A DNA stretch of 64,000 nt from Cetorhinus maximus (GCF_964194155.1 NC_135903.1:18600001-18664000); one strand, 5' to 3'. Numbered from the stretch's first letter, positions 34,500-48,633 are shown. Program-made: numbers and translations. The notes: a model not told the origin generated them from the sequence alone.

Positions 34500-35998
34500 T
34501 ATCATGTAGAAGATCTTTGCTCACATTGCTCTGACCTGGGATCACACATCTACCCTCAGTGTGGATTTGGAGCTGGCAGATTGACAGTTGACCTAATTTC
34601 CTCACTTTGGCAGTTACAGGAGAGGTGTTGCAAACAATGCAGGCCACTCTGCATTGCCTTCATGGACCTCACCAAGGCCTTCGCTCTCGTCAACAGAGAT
34701 GAACCCTTTCGATTGTTTTGGAGAATGTGCTGCCTGCCTGGAATTCTGGGCGTCATTCCTTCTTTCCTTAAGAACATGCAGAGTTCAGTCAGTGGAGCAA
34801 TATCAGATGCTTTCAGGGTCAGCAGTAGAGTAGAGCAGGGCTGTGTCCTGGTGCCAACTCTCTTTGGCATATTTTTCTCCATGTTGCTATTGTATGCTTT
34901 TGGTGACTCAAATGAGGGTATTTACCTGCATGCCAGAGCCGATGGTAAGCCGCTCAACTTGGCAAGACAGCGTGTAAAGTGTGTCCTAGTTTGTTAGTTG
35001 CTGTTGGCTGATGCCGCTGTGCTGGCATCCCATACTGAAGTTCACTTGCAATAGCTTGTAGGCCTGCTCTCCCAGGCCTGCAAGGAGCTTGGGCTGACAG
35101 TCAGCATCAGGGCAACCAAAGTTATGGGCCAGGACGTAGAGATCCCACCTCCCATCAACATCGACAACCTCACTCTGGAGGTTGCCGACACTTCACATGC
35201 CTTGGATCACCGATTACCAACAAACTGTCGCTTGACGCTGCCATCAGCACCAGGATTGCCAAGGCCGCAGATGTCATAGAAAATGCCATGTCCAAGCTGA
35301 GGAGTAGAGTGTGGATCAACAGCAAAACTCACTGAAAATACAAAGCTCCATGTGTAGCAGGCTTGTGTTCTCAGAACCATACTTCACAGTAGCAAAGCAC
35401 GGACAGTCTAAATAAGCCGAGTAATTCCAACTTCTACCTCTGCTGCCCTCAGACGAATATTGGGGATTTCCTGGCAAGACAGCATGCCGAATATGGATGT
35501 ATGCCAGCATGCAGGGATCCCCAGCACGTTTGGCCTCTTGAGTTAGCGACGACTCCACTGGCTGGGACATGTGAACCGAATAGATGATGGCCACATCCCC
35601 AACGACATGCTCTATGGCGAGCTTGCTATCGGCACGTAGCCAACAGGTCTCCCATGTCTGTGCTACAAGTGCATCTGTAATCGAGACCTCAAGTTGCCAG
35701 GGATCAGAGTCGATGCATGGGAGGTCCTTGCTGCTGACTGGAGTGCCTGGAGACAAGCAGTCAGGGTCGGCGTGAAAAAAGCGGAGGACAAAAGAAATGA
35801 CCAGGTGGCAGAAAAGTGAGCTCGCCGGAAGGAATAAAAGTTACTCGCCCTTGGGCCAACACTCGTAATCTGTGCCAGCGGCGGAAGGGACTGCCACTCA
35901 CAAACTCAGCCTATACAGCCGCAACAGACAATGTTCAATCTAGAAGTGACACACGCCCCAGGTGTAGTCCATTGTCTCCCGACTCAGACAGTCGGCAT
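34500..35998 (+). mobile_element. RTE-clade LINE, 5'-truncated and degenerate
   Basis: QCGF...LQERC..Q.RPLCIAFMDLTKAF..VNR, V.QGCVLVPTLFGIFFS, ADAAVL, WLGHVNRIDDGHIPNDMLYGEL. Confidence 0.9.
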
Positions 35999-37354
35999 TC
36001 AGGTTCCATCTTTGATAAACTTTAGTGAACCAGTGGGGTTTTAAGATTTTCTGGCAGCTTTCTTGGTCATTTTCTGTTGCCAATTCATATTTTATCAAAT
36101 TTATTGAATTTAATTCCGGCTGAGGATTCCAGGATGAAGTCAAGGTGACAGCAGTTAAATAAGGAACAGAGTTAACAGCCAGTGAGCTTGACTGGATATC
36201 TCAAAATTGTATTTATAAATCAGAGTATCCCTTTAGCGTGAGCATTGTCACAGAATACCATTACCTTGCCATTACAAACACAGATCAAATGCCATAATCT
36301 TGCATTATACAATTTTGCCAATTCTAAAACTAAAGGTTTTTGCCTCTACAGAGCAGTTCATTTTGACATAATTACCTTCATAGCCAGTCTGAGAACAGAT
36401 GAGGTCCCTTTTTAGTTGGAGTCCTAGCTGAACCCTAGTTTACTTAGTCATGTCTGTGACTAATCTTTTTGATTCTGTGACAGCCAAGCCCAACTTCAAT
36501 CCATTATTGTAATTATATGTAATTACTTGAACGATGGAAGAGAAAACTCATTAACCCAGCAATCAAATTAGAAGCACCAATAATTCACGAGGAGAAATAA
36601 TCAAAGCATGAACTTATAATGATGAGAAAACTTCTTGCTTTCACCGTGAAGACTCTGCGGAGAAATAAAGCTGTGAGCTGTGCGATCCTTAAACAGTGTG
36701 GCCACGGGAACCATAAATAGCAAAGTCATGGGAATATCATTCTGGTCGGATTCTGATCATGCTTGGTATGAAAATCAATAACAGAGGAGGCCTTCATGTG
36801 CCACATTCTTTTCATGCTCCTTTCTGTGCAGTAACCCACACCGGCAAAAGAGATAATTCCGAGATTTTGATATTGTGCACCATTTAGGAAATCGCACCAT
36901 CAAAGCACTTGCATTAGCTGATTTTGGAAACCATTCTAAAAATCAGGAGGCAAAATCACACGCTTTATTTCTGTGTGTTATATCCGACTCTTTGTTATTG
37001 TTAGGTAAGTTAGTCAACCTATCATATTATGATAGATAAGCACCACTAGATGTTTTCTTAATTCCGTTCCTGCTTGAATTAACTAATACTTTGCAAATAA
37101 AGTGCTGACTCTGCCAGTACCTGTCCATAATCTTGTAAGGAACTATTTGGTATGTTCAGTTAATGTATCTCAGCTACTGTTCACAGATTTTTTTGATACT
37201 TTCGTCTGAGACACTGCTTACCCAATATCCCCTGAAGCAACATTGGGTGATGCTGCTGATAATGCTAAAAGGAGTTTAGACTGCATAGTGTGAAAATTTA
37301 TATTCACAGAAATCCTTAAACAAATGTGTTGAGGTTTTGTGTAATTTCACGCGT

Positions 37355-39639
37355 GGACGGAATTTTCTGTCCCCGTTGGCGTCGGGCGTCATGGGGGGCA
37401 TGAGCGGACAATATGGCGGAAGCTTCAGGCCCCCGCACGAAGGGAATGTCATTTTACTACATCTGCATGTCATTATAAACTGGAATCATCCACACACATC
37501 AAACTTACTGCTCACATCAGCGGGAAAACACACCAGTGCAGAACACATCTTGACAAGGGTGACATGCAGAAGTCAGGACTTACTGCCAGGGCCTTGCTCA
37601 CAGCGCGGACACCCGAGGAGTAGAACATGCTGGGGCCCTACAGCTATGGGACCCTGGAGGAACATGTGTATCACATGCTGGGTGGATTTATACGAATATG
37701 GCTCCACTGCGAAACAGCTCATGGAAGGTGGAGCATCAGCGTCTTGGCCATGGACTGCTACAGGCAATCATCGAGGGGGGAGAGGAAGGTCCAGCTGGGA
37801 GTGGGAGAGGAAGGTGCACAGGGGGTGGGTAGGAGAGGAAGAACTAGGTTTAACTAGGTTTAGATGCTCTGGAGATGTGAGTTTGGGAGTGGGGGGGAAC
37901 AATGGTGTCGGGGGGCTGAGGTTGGGAAGGGGGGGAACGATGGTGTCAGGGGAAGGTGAGGTTGGGGGGTAGGGAGGACAGGGGGAGATGGATGTAATGG
38001 GGGAGAATGCGGCAACTGAGGAGGTAGACGTAAAGGGAGAGAAAGGTGTAAGGGAAGGAGTTTGGAGGAGTGGAGGAGCTTGGAGGGGGGCAGGACTTTG
38101 AATGGAGGAAGGAATTCAGAGCGGGGCAGGACTTTTTGGGAGGCAGGACTTTGGGTGAAGGTAGGAGTTCAGAAGGGGGCAGGACTTTGGGTGGAGGAAG
38201 GAGTTCTGGGGGGCAGGACTTTGGGGGGGAGGAAGGAGTCTGGGGGTTGGGGGGCAGGGATAGGAGTCCAAGGGGAAGGAAGCAGTCCGGGGGAAGGAAG
38301 GGGTAAGGGTGGAGGAAGGAGCAAGGGGAGTGTCCAGGTGAATGTGCAAAGGAGGGGTATGTGGAGTGAATGACTGCCTCCGAGGAAGCGAAATGAGGGT
38401 GGACGTGGTAGGAGGGAATGGTAAGAGTGAGTGAGGGCAGAGTGAGCCTGTAGGGTGGGAGGGTGAGATTGTGGCGGTAGTGATACAAGGGACAGTGAGG
38501 GTGGTTGGTGGGGACTCAGAGACAGACACGGACCCTGGGGCTGGGAAGGAGAAGGTTGGAGATGGGGGTGGGATTCTTGGGAAGATAAGGAGCACACGCG
38601 TTCACCTGGACATCCTGGAAAGCAAAGGGTTCTGGCTGGTAAGTGACGGAGGGTGAGGGAAGGTGGAAGGTGATGCCAGGTCAGTCAACAGTGATGGGAA
38701 AAAGGACGTGAGTGACTGAGGGAGGGAAGAGCACAGGGGAGCTGAAGACATACTTCACTACAACCATTTTGCAAACTGCAAAGTGAAAGGAGCCTTAATT
38801 TGGGTGGGAACAGGTGCTGCATGGGAGTCATAAGCAGGAGAGAGAGCACTCACAGCTGCATTGTGAGAGGGATGATGTGGTGCAGGATCCTCACATGGAT
38901 GTTTGCCGCTGACCTCACCATCGCCACACACACGGTCCTCACCATTCAGCACGATGGCACGCTCCTCAAAGTGAGTGAGGGGCCTGATGTGGGCCACTCC
39001 ATCCCCAATCTGGGACCTCTCCCAGCTGCTGTGAGCCAGGTTCTCCTGCATGGAAACGGATGGAGAGAGTGTGAACAGGATACATGATACTGCCTGGAAT
39101 GTTTGTGTGGTGACCAGAGCCATAGAATGGGATGAGGACGCAAGCTGCAGATGATAGGAGCCTGGTGAAGATGTGAGGGTGTGTGTGAGAGTTAGTGGTT
39201 TTGGCCCTTGAGCTGTGAGATCCCTGTAGGTGTGAAATGGGTTTGTGAATGTACGAGTTGAAAGTGATGAGATGGTTGATTTACCCTCCATTCCATACAG
39301 GAGGTGCTTGAGAGAGGTGTCGCTGAATATGGGGGTAGCATGTTTCCTCCTTTGGCAGCCATCAATTTGCAACAGCTTCCTATCCCTTGAAGAGTACTAG
39401 CTCTGTGCAGGGGCGGCCTTTAAATATGACACCTGGCTTACTGAAGGGCTGAGGTGACGGTGGGGCGGGCAAATCAGAGGATGCACCTCTAGTGACCCCA
39501 CGTGCTTCCCAAGAATGAATGATTAATGAGGTGGGATTGGGATGATATGGTGTGAAAACTTGCCATTGCAGGCAACGGGTGAGTTGTCCTTTTTCCTGCC
39601 TGCTACTGCACTTACTGCAAATCTGGGACAATTCAGCCC
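37355..39639 (+). mobile_element. Non-autonomous Harbinger with both termini; Myb/SANT remnant on -
   Basis: Left end GGACGGAATTTTCTGTCCC and right end GGGACAATTCAGCCC. On -: PIFSDTSLKHLL and QENLAH...ERSQIGDG..IRPLTHFEERAI. Homologous to 2153-2330 and to ~15880-16470. Confidence 0.8.
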
Positions 39640-41672
39640 ACAATTTAGCAAAGGAAGAAGGAAGTGGAACCTAACTTTTATTGTTTGAATTTTCTCCCAC
39701 CTACGATGCAGAAAGCGCTGATTCTTGGCTTGCTGTGGATTACAGTGTAACTTTAGACCACGAGCTTTGGCACAGTATTTCATGTGATATGTGTCTCAAG
39801 CCAAGTGCACTTTCATTCCATAAAAACTAAAAACGGCTGACTGCTAATATTGAGAATTTGGCAAATATTTAAGTGCCAAACCAAGTTTTGACATTACTGC
39901 AGTATCCTTGATGGTGCCTATTCCCAATCCATATTCATAATCTCTGTGAATAGCTTGCGTCTCACCCAATATCAAAAACGGCTTTAATAAATGTTTTTAT
40001 TTATATGTGCTACAAAGCACCATCTTAAGAGTTTGGGAGAATATTTCCTCTATGCTATGTGTAAGAAAAGTCATAAACCCTTAATATAGATTGATATCCG
40101 CAAATATTAGCCACAAAGACATCTCCTCCAATTGATTTTGGAAAAGGAACTAAGTGGGTTAAGTAGAAGGATCCATTTACAGCATGTGGACTCTCAGATC
40201 TGTCCTACAGTGAGTATTTCCCAGCAGTCTGTCACACTGAACCATTCCATAATGGCAGGAAGAAGGAACTGAAACCAGGAGTGAATAAAAAGCTGTGGTA
40301 CAAACATTGCTACCCCCTGGCAAATTTTATGCAAGATTAATTCTACCATCGTCTGCATCAACCGACTTCCATATTTTGAAGTATACAGCTTGTTTCCCTC
40401 CTCACATCCCTCTGCTTTATCTCCACACACGAGCATTCGCATTCATCACCTCCTTCAGCTGACCCAGGAGGGTGAGAAACTAAATGCTCCATAACTCTCT
40501 TCAGTGCTGCCCATAGATAGAACAGGAGACCAAACACTTATGTAGACTTCGACTATAATGTGACAGAAAAAAAAGTAGCACACTGAAAACTCCAAATGAA
40601 GACTGGCAAAACTCACTCCCATGCGAAGATGGTGTGCGTGTGCAATTGTATTTCTGTTATGGAGACCGAGGCAACCCAACATCACCCCTATTAGTTTATT
40701 TAAAATGGGCAACTAAACTCTTCCTTCTCTGCAAACTCTATATTTAAATACCAAGTTGAATGACAGCATCAAACCAGTCGATGATTAGCTTTGCCTCTAA
40801 AGAAAAAAACAAGGTGACCGTTTTCATCAGCGAAGGTTAAGCCTCAAAATGGTGAAGATGCTGCAATGAGTTGATAGACTAATACACTTCAGCACACAGC
40901 ATTTCTTGTGCGCTAAGTGTAGATATTGTAGGCTACCAGTTCATATCAATGATTTCTCCCATGGTGAGTCCGTTCACTATTATGGGACACACTTAATGGA
41001 GCTGAACTGCTCCTGCCCCTCCATATAATAAGGAAAAGTCAGCCTGGTTGCTTTGCTTTGTCTACCTTAAAGTAGTCATTTGCAGCAACCATGAGCACTG
41101 CCCTCCCCTTATGCAGGAGGAATGGTGCATGGTCTTGGGAAGCCCACAAAAACAGCAGTTGGCAAGCATCAGATCTATGCCTCAAATCGACAAACATCTG
41201 TTCGGGAATCAGTCTGTCTATTGTATGCATTACTGCTCTACCCTATATCTCCATAAAATACAAACATATGCTGCTTTCCCAAAATAAATCTGCCATTTAT
41301 GCCTTCAGTCAGATAAAAGCCCTATTGTGTTAACTAATTCTTTTTGGCATCAATACAGTAAAGGTACTTGCAGTATTTGCACCTGGAAGGAATGAGAGTG
41401 TTTTAAGAAGAATTGCAGACTAATATCTTGCTGGTGAATCTGGTCAGCCATGATGGTTCTCAGCTTTCTGCCGTCACATTCAGGAACCGTGATGAACCAT
41501 TTCCATATTTTTCGAAACTTTGTGCTTCACCCAATATTCTCTGGTCTTGGCACTGAGTTTCTCTGCCATGCTTTTATTGCCAGTTGGAAGCTTCCAGTGT
41601 TATCTATTGACCTAATCTGTAACAGCTAAGATATTTCATGTGGAAATTGATGGTATGCACGCTGTATATGCT

Positions 41673-41840
41673 TGGCTCAGTGGTAGCAATCTTGCCTCTG
41701 AGTCAAAAGGTTATGGTTTTAAGTCCCCTTTCAGGATTGAGCACATGATCTAGGCAACATTGTTGGAGATGTGATCTTAAGAACATAAGAAATAAGAACA
41801 GAAGTAGCCCATTCGGCCCCTTGAGCCTGCTCCTCCAGTC
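41673..41840. mobile_element. DeuSINE head (+) followed by a CR1 3' tail (-)
   Basis: TTGGCTCAGTGGTAGCA.TCTTGCCTCTGAGTCA..., then aagaacataagaaataagaacagaagtag.ccattcggcccc. Confidence 0.65.
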
Positions 41841-43430
41841 TTCCTGACCTGTGTAGTCATACTGCACCATGTGATGCATTTATGCACTGAACCACTTGGA
41901 GAAGTGGCATGGACACCTTACTCTTCTCTATAGGAACAAAGTGCAATTCTCAAAGATGTAAGAAAAAGTGCAAAATGTCAAAAGCTCTGGTGTTTGACAC
42001 TGACTTTAATATAAAGTACTTCAAGAAAACAGAATCCCATCTGACAGCTGAAAACTGAAATATGACGTTCATGGAATCTGCAATATTGCTTTGAAAAAGC
42101 AGTAAAGTGTGCCACTTAGCCATTGCCGTCTGGTTAAACCTTTTGACTTTCAATGTTGTTTCTATGCTGTAACACCTGCACACAATTATCTTACAATCTC
42201 TATTGGTAAATACTGCAAAGCAAAATTATACAAGAACAAGGAACAAGGTGGCCAATATTTTTCTATGAAATACAGCAATCAAAATTTGTATTATATAATA
42301 TACATTAATTGGATGCCAGTGTTACATTTCCCTTTAGCTGCTTAACATGCTCCATTCATTCTTAAACTGCAAAAACCAGCTAAATATAACAAAATGAGCC
42401 TAGACCAGTTGTCATGTTACACTTCAGAAGCAAATAGCTAGATGTCCAATTATTTAAAGGCAAGAAAATAATCCCTGATCCAGCTGTGTACAGAGGAAAT
42501 CTTGTATGGAAAGCAGTGAAGGAACATAGAATGTGCAAAGCTCAATTCTCTAATTGCAGCCGAAGTGAACTGCAAGATAACATGTATTAATGCAGAGGCC
42601 AGCCCAGTAGTAAAATCAGAAGAGAGGCGGCTTGGCAATATATTTGTGAATGGATGTACTCTGGGTTATAGACTCAGGAACTTTAAGATGTATCACGGCT
42701 TGAGCTTTATCACCGAAGTTAAGTGCACACTTGGAAATGCTGCTTCCATTAGGAATGCAAGCACATGTGCGCTTAAGAAATTTCAAGGGTATATGTCACA
42801 TACTTATGCTCTCCCCCCCCCCCCCAGTGTCAATTCTTGTCTACCTGGTGTACACATCAAGAGCTTGGGCACTGGGTTCAGCAATTTCTACTCATGCGTC
42901 CATGAGACACATGACAGTTGTGCAATAATGAGCTAACCATCTGGCTTAACCTCGGCATCAGCGAGAGGATCATATAAAGGGGGAGCATTAGTATGTAAAA
43001 CGCTTAACTCAGTATATCCTAAATCAAAACACGAAACAGCTATACTACATGCACTTAAGGACTACAACATGCACACAGCCTGTACATGAAAAAAAACAAG
43101 CCTGATAAAAGTATGTAATATTGTAGCAGTATTTCTTTGAACAGGGAGTCTACAATGCCAAAATGAAAACTTAAATAGGATATATGAACGTGCAGAACAT
43201 ATAAAATAACTGAAAATGCACATCAAGGAAAGAAATGCCATATTACAGCCTCCTTTACTCTTTTCTCCAATTGTAAGGTCTAGTCTCCTACTGCTGCCCT
43301 AATTATCATCTTTATTCCATTATTTCTCCAGGCATTCCTCTTGTTGCTCATTTAAGTCTATAGTGTGGTCTCAATCTTTAGCAATGTTGTGTAGCATAAT
43401 GCGTACTTCACATCTTTCACCGGAGAACAT

Positions 43431-43833
43431 TTTTATTTTATTCTTTCACAGGATGTGGGCATCACTGGCAAGGCCAGCATTTGTTGCCCATCCTTAACTG
43501 ACCTTAAACTGAGTGGCCTAGTCCACCATTTCAGAGGGCAGTTAAGAGTCAACCACATTGCTACGGGTTTAGAGTCACATGTAGGCCAGACCAGGTAAGG
43601 AAAGCAGATTCCCTTCCCTCAAGGACATTAGTGAACCAGATGGGTTTTTACAATAACCGATGATGGTTTCATGGTCACCAACACTGAGATTAGCTTTTCA
43701 GTTCCAGGTTTATTAATTAAATTTAAATTCCACCAGTTGCCATGGTGGGATTCAAACCCATGGCCCCAGAGAATTAGCCTGGGCCGCTGGAGTACTAATA
43801 CAGTTACATTATCACTCTGCCACCATCTCCCCC
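43431..43833 (-). mobile_element. Full-length tRNA-derived SINE
   Basis: On -: GGGAGATGGTGGCAGAGTG (A box), GGGTTTGAATCCC (B box), and a 3' tail shared with the LINE end at 17212-17553. Confidence 0.85.
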
Positions 43834-44122
43834 ATGCAACCCTGCAGACTTGGCTGGATTTTGCTGAGAATGTCAGGACCCTGGCATCAAAATCAATTCT
43901 GGGTTGGGAATGTGGTCATGATCTTCCCAGAGGTAGTCAATTAAGAAACTTCCTCCTGAGGCCATGTCCAATTAAGGACAGTGAGTAAACCAGTGCAGGC
44001 TTAATAGGATAGTCCAAAAGATGTTTAGCCAGCATCCCCAGTTGGAGAGTGGAACACTGCCAATTTTCTATATTTCTATGCTACCTCCCCAGAAATGATA
44101 AGAAACCCTGTGATCCCTTGCT

Positions 44123-46845
44123 CTAGGCCCCCCCAACTAGGGGAAGCATCCTCCCTGCATCCAGCCTGTCCAGTCCTGTCAGAATTTTACATGAGATTCC
44201 TCCCATTCTTCTAAAGTCTAGTGAATACAGACCGAGTCGACCCAATCTCTCCTCATACAACGATCCTGCCATCCCAGGGATCAGTTTGGTGAACATTCGC
44301 TGCACTCCCTCCATGGCAAGTATATACTTTCTGAGGCAAGTAGGCCAAAACTGCACACAATCTTCCAAGTGTGGTCTCACTAAGGCCTTGTACAGCTTCA
44401 GGAAGACATAATTGCTCCTATACTCAAATCCTCGTGCAATGAAGACCAGCATACCATTTGCCTTCTTAACTGCTTGCTGCACCTGTGTGCTTCCTTTCAG
44501 TGACTGGTGTACAAGGACACCCAGATCCCTTTGTACATCAACATTTCCTAATCTATTGCCATTTAAATAATACTCTGCCATTCTGCTTTTCCTACCAAAG
44601 TTATATTGCATCTGCCATGCATTTTCCCATTGACTCAGCTTGTCTAAATCATCTTGAAGCCTCTTTACATCCTCCTCAACACTCGTATTTCCACCAAGTT
44701 TTGTGTCATCAGCAAACTTGGAAATATTACATTTGGTCCCCTCATCTAAATCATTGATATGTATTGTGAATAGCTGGGGCCCAAGCACTGATCCCTGTGT
44801 TACCCCACTGGTCACTGCCTGCCACTCTTAAAAAGACCCATTTATTCTTACACTCTGTTCCCTGTCTGACAACCAATTCTCAGTCCATGCCAGTATATTA
44901 CCCAAATCCCATGTGCTTTAATATTGCACACTAACCTCTTATGTGGGATTTTATCAAAAGCTTTTTGAAAATCCAAATACACCACATCCACTGGTTCTCC
45001 CTTACCTATTCTACTAGTTACATCCTCAAACAACTCCAGTAGGTTTGTCAAACATGATTTCCCTTTCATAAATCCATGCTGACTTTGTCTAATCCTGTTA
45101 ATATTTTCTAAGTGTCTTGTTATCACATCCTTTATAATAGGCTCTAGCATTTTCCCTACTACTGATGTTAGGCTAACCAATCTATAACTCCCAGTGTTCT
45201 CCCTCCCTCCTTTTTTAAATAGTGGGGTTACATTTTCCACCCTCCAATCTGCTGGGACTGTTCCAGGTTCAACAGAATTTTGGAAGATGACAACCAAAGC
45301 ATCCATTATTTCCATGGCCACCTCCTTTAATACCCTGGGATGTAGATTATCAGGTTTAGGGGATTTGTCAGCTTTCAGTCCCATTAATTTCTCCAGCACT
45401 ACTTCTTCTACTAATGCTAATTTCCTTCAATTCCTCCTTCTCGCTAGATGCTTGGCTCCTTAGCATTTCTGGGAAGTGATTTGTGTCTTCTTCCCTGTAG
45501 ACAGAACTAAAGTAATTGTTTAATTGTTCTGCTATTTCTTTGTTCGCCATTATAAATCTTCCCATTTCAGACTATAAGGGACCTACATTTGCGTTTACTA
45601 AACTTTGTCTTTTTACATACTTATAGAAGCTTTTACAGTCCACTCTTATATTCCTTGCAAGTTCACTCTCATATTCTATTTTTCCCCTCTTAATCAATCT
45701 CTTGGTCTTCCTTTGCTGAATTCTAAACTGCTCCCAATCCTTGGGCTTGCTACTTTTTCTAGCAATTTTATATAACTGCTCTTTGGATCTAATACTATCC
45801 TTAATTTATTTTGTTTGGCATGGTTGGGCCACTTTACCTGTTGTGTTTTTGCACCAGAAAGGGGTGTAAAACTGTTGCAATGCATGCATTTGTTCCTTAA
45901 ATATTAGCCATTGCCTATCTACCATCATGTTTTTTAATGAAGTCCCCCAATCTATCATTGCCAACTCACCCCTCATACCTTTGTAGTTTCCTTTGTTTAG
46001 ATTTAGGACCTTCATTTCAGATTGGACTACTTCACTTCCGAATGAAGAATTCCATCATATTATGATCACTCTTCCCTAAAGGATCCCGCAGAACAAGATT
46101 ATTAATTAACCCCTTCTCATTGCACAATACCAAACCTAGCATAGCCTGTTCCCTAGTTGGTTCCTTGACGTACTGGCCTAAAAAAAACATCTCTTACAAA
46201 CTCCAGGAATTAATCTATCACAGTACTATTACTAATTTGGTTTACCTGGCCTGTGTGCAGGTTAAAGTCACCCATGACTGTAGCACTCTTGTTAAATGCA
46301 TCTCTAATTTCCTGTTTAATGCCATCCCCTACCTTACCACTACTGTTTGGTGGCCTATAGACAACTCCCACTAATGTTTTTCTGCCCCTTGTTGCTTCTT
46401 AGCTCCACCCAGACTGATTCTAAATCTAGATTTTCTGAGCTAATATCTGCTCTCAATATTGTACTGGTTTCATCCTTAACTTACAACGCCACTCCACCTC
46501 TTTTTCCTTTTTGCCTGTCCTTTCTAAATATTGAATAGCCTTGGATATTCACTACCCAATCTTGTCACCCTGCAGCCATGTCTCCGTAATTACAATCCTA
46601 TCATTCCTGTTTACATCTATTTGCATTGGTAATTTGTCTGCCTTCTTGTGAATGTTCCATGCATTCAGATACAGTGCCTTTAGGTTTGTCTTTTTAACAT
46701 TATTGCACATTTTTTTTTTGCACTATGGCCCTATTTGCTGCTAGCCCTTGTTTCCTCTGCCTTTCACTTTTGCTTTCTACTTTTCTGTCCTTCGTTTCTA
46801 TCTTTGTCTCCCTCTCTTGTGTCTCCCTGCTCAGGTTCCCATCCT
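44123..46845 (-). mobile_element. CR1 LINE ORF2 (endonuclease + RT), degenerate
   Basis: KSPKPDNLHPRVLKE, YRLVSLTSVVGK, SQHGFMKGKSCLTNL, VDVVYLDFQKAFDK, SGVTQGSVLGP, KFADDTKLG. Confidence 0.95.
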
Positions 46846-47819
46846 CCTTCCACTCTACTTTATACCCTCCCCACAGTACCATGTGGGTAGGAGAATACAA
46901 GGCACCTCAAGATGGAGGTACCAAATGAAGAATTATAATCGTGTAAAAAATAAATGTGGTCACAGTTGCCAGGCCATCAATGTGGAAGGGGAACTGGTGG
47001 GCTGGGTGAATTTAAGGGAGGCACTGTAAATAATGACTCACTCACGAGGACCGCTTGTAAATACAGACAAACTCCCTGGGGCTGTCCTGCAAATAATTGC
47101 AGGGAACAGCCTATAAATAATGATAAACTCATAGGGGATCCCTTGTGCCCCCTCACTGGGCCCTTGGCCTGCAGCCAGGAGGCTGTCTCCAGGCAATGGC
47201 CAGTCTTTACCCTAGGCGGGGGACCAGTCCACCATTGGGAAGGTCTTGGAGGAATGATTAAGGTTCACCCCGGATGGGGAGCTAATTGAACCTACTTAGC
47301 TCCCTGCTAATGCCAGGCAGGTAGCTGTTGCCAGTCAGTCTCTACTTCCAGCAAGGCTGTTGAAGGTAGGATTGTGTTGGTTACCCCTATACTAGATTCT
47401 CTAACCTTATCTCCTGATCCCATCTCCAAACTCCGGGCAGAATCTTGTGGAGGCAACGGGGGTCTCAGCTGCCGGCTGCAGAGCTGGCAGGAGCCCAGCA
47501 TAGTCTATTTTTGGGAAGGCCTACTGCATCCTGTTCCACTCAGGCACTAGACAGGCCCATGGCAGGCATTCCCTTGGAATTAAGCACCCTGGGGTCAGAA
47601 GCCCCACTTGCTGAGGGCTGTTGGCCAATCAGAAGCTGGCAGTTCTATTGGATGGCAGCACCGCTGGTGTTTGGATTGAAATGCAATCATGTACTTAAGA
47701 TCCTACCTGGTTTGCCGCAGTAAGGTGACCTCTGCCATGTGGCACTGGCTGCAAGAAGTCATATTACATTCATTCTTTATTTAAAGATAGAGTACAAGGA
47801 GCATTGTACCCATTGAGCC

Positions 47820-48480
47820 TGTAACATGGTGTCAAAATTGGAGCTGAGATTGAGTTAGAAGGTCTGTAAAGAAGATACTGGATTTTAATAGTTGGAGAGT
47901 TAGATAGTTGGCACTGGAGCAATGGCCTTACCCCTTCTCTCTTCTGAAACCTCTCTCATCAAAGCTGGACTATTTGTGATGTGAAAAAGCCATCAAAAGA
48001 GCTCATTGCCACAGACGGAGAGCTCTTAAAGGAGAATTCCAAATCAACATCGCTGTCTCCAGTGAGAAATCCCAAGGACCAGCAGCCACTGTGTACTAGG
48101 CCGCTTCAGCGGTAAACAGGCCTTTTTTTTCTGACTTTACGTGTTACTTGGCCAAGTTTTTAATGTCTGAAACTCTGCAGAGTTTTACTTATTTTTGCAT
48201 GCTTGGTGGGGTGGAGGTGGTGGTTTGTTGGAGTGGTGGGGGGGTATTGGCATTGTGTGTGTGCTGTTCGTTAATCATTTCTGCACCTTTACCTGAGTGA
48301 GTGTTAGCAATAAAACCAGCTCTTTACTTGTTAACTTAAGGAACCTGGCTAACTTATTTCTTGCATCGAGCTGCATGCTGTTAAATATATATTAAATTGT
48401 AAATTCAAACTCTGTTATAGCCAACTCAGGAGTAGGATGAAGAGAGGAGTTAGTTCACTCCAGCTAACCTGGTCGTAACA
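47820..48480 (+). mobile_element. Probable solo LTR (degenerate)
   Basis: AATAAA at ~48309 and a terminal GGTCGTAACA. The left boundary and TSD are uncertain. Confidence 0.45.
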
Positions 48481-48504
48481 ACTGTTGTAAATTTGTTCTC
48501 TCAA

Positions 48505-48633
48505 CTGTGGTTGACTCTTAGCTGCTCTCTGGAATGAGATAGCAGACCACTCCGTTCAAGGGTAGTTAGGGATGGGCAACAAATGCTGGCCTTTCCAGTG
48601 ATGTTCACATCCCATGAAAGAATAAAGAAAAAA
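48505..48633 (+). mobile_element. 3' fragment of the same SINE family as 43431-43833
   Basis: TGTGGTTGACTCTTA.CTG...GGGATGGGCAACAAATGCTGGCCTT...CACATCCCATGAAAGAATAAA. Confidence 0.8.

Noticed and set aside
37946-38656. Proline- or glycine-rich ORFs
   Set aside because: Low-complexity purine-rich interior of a non-autonomous Harbinger.
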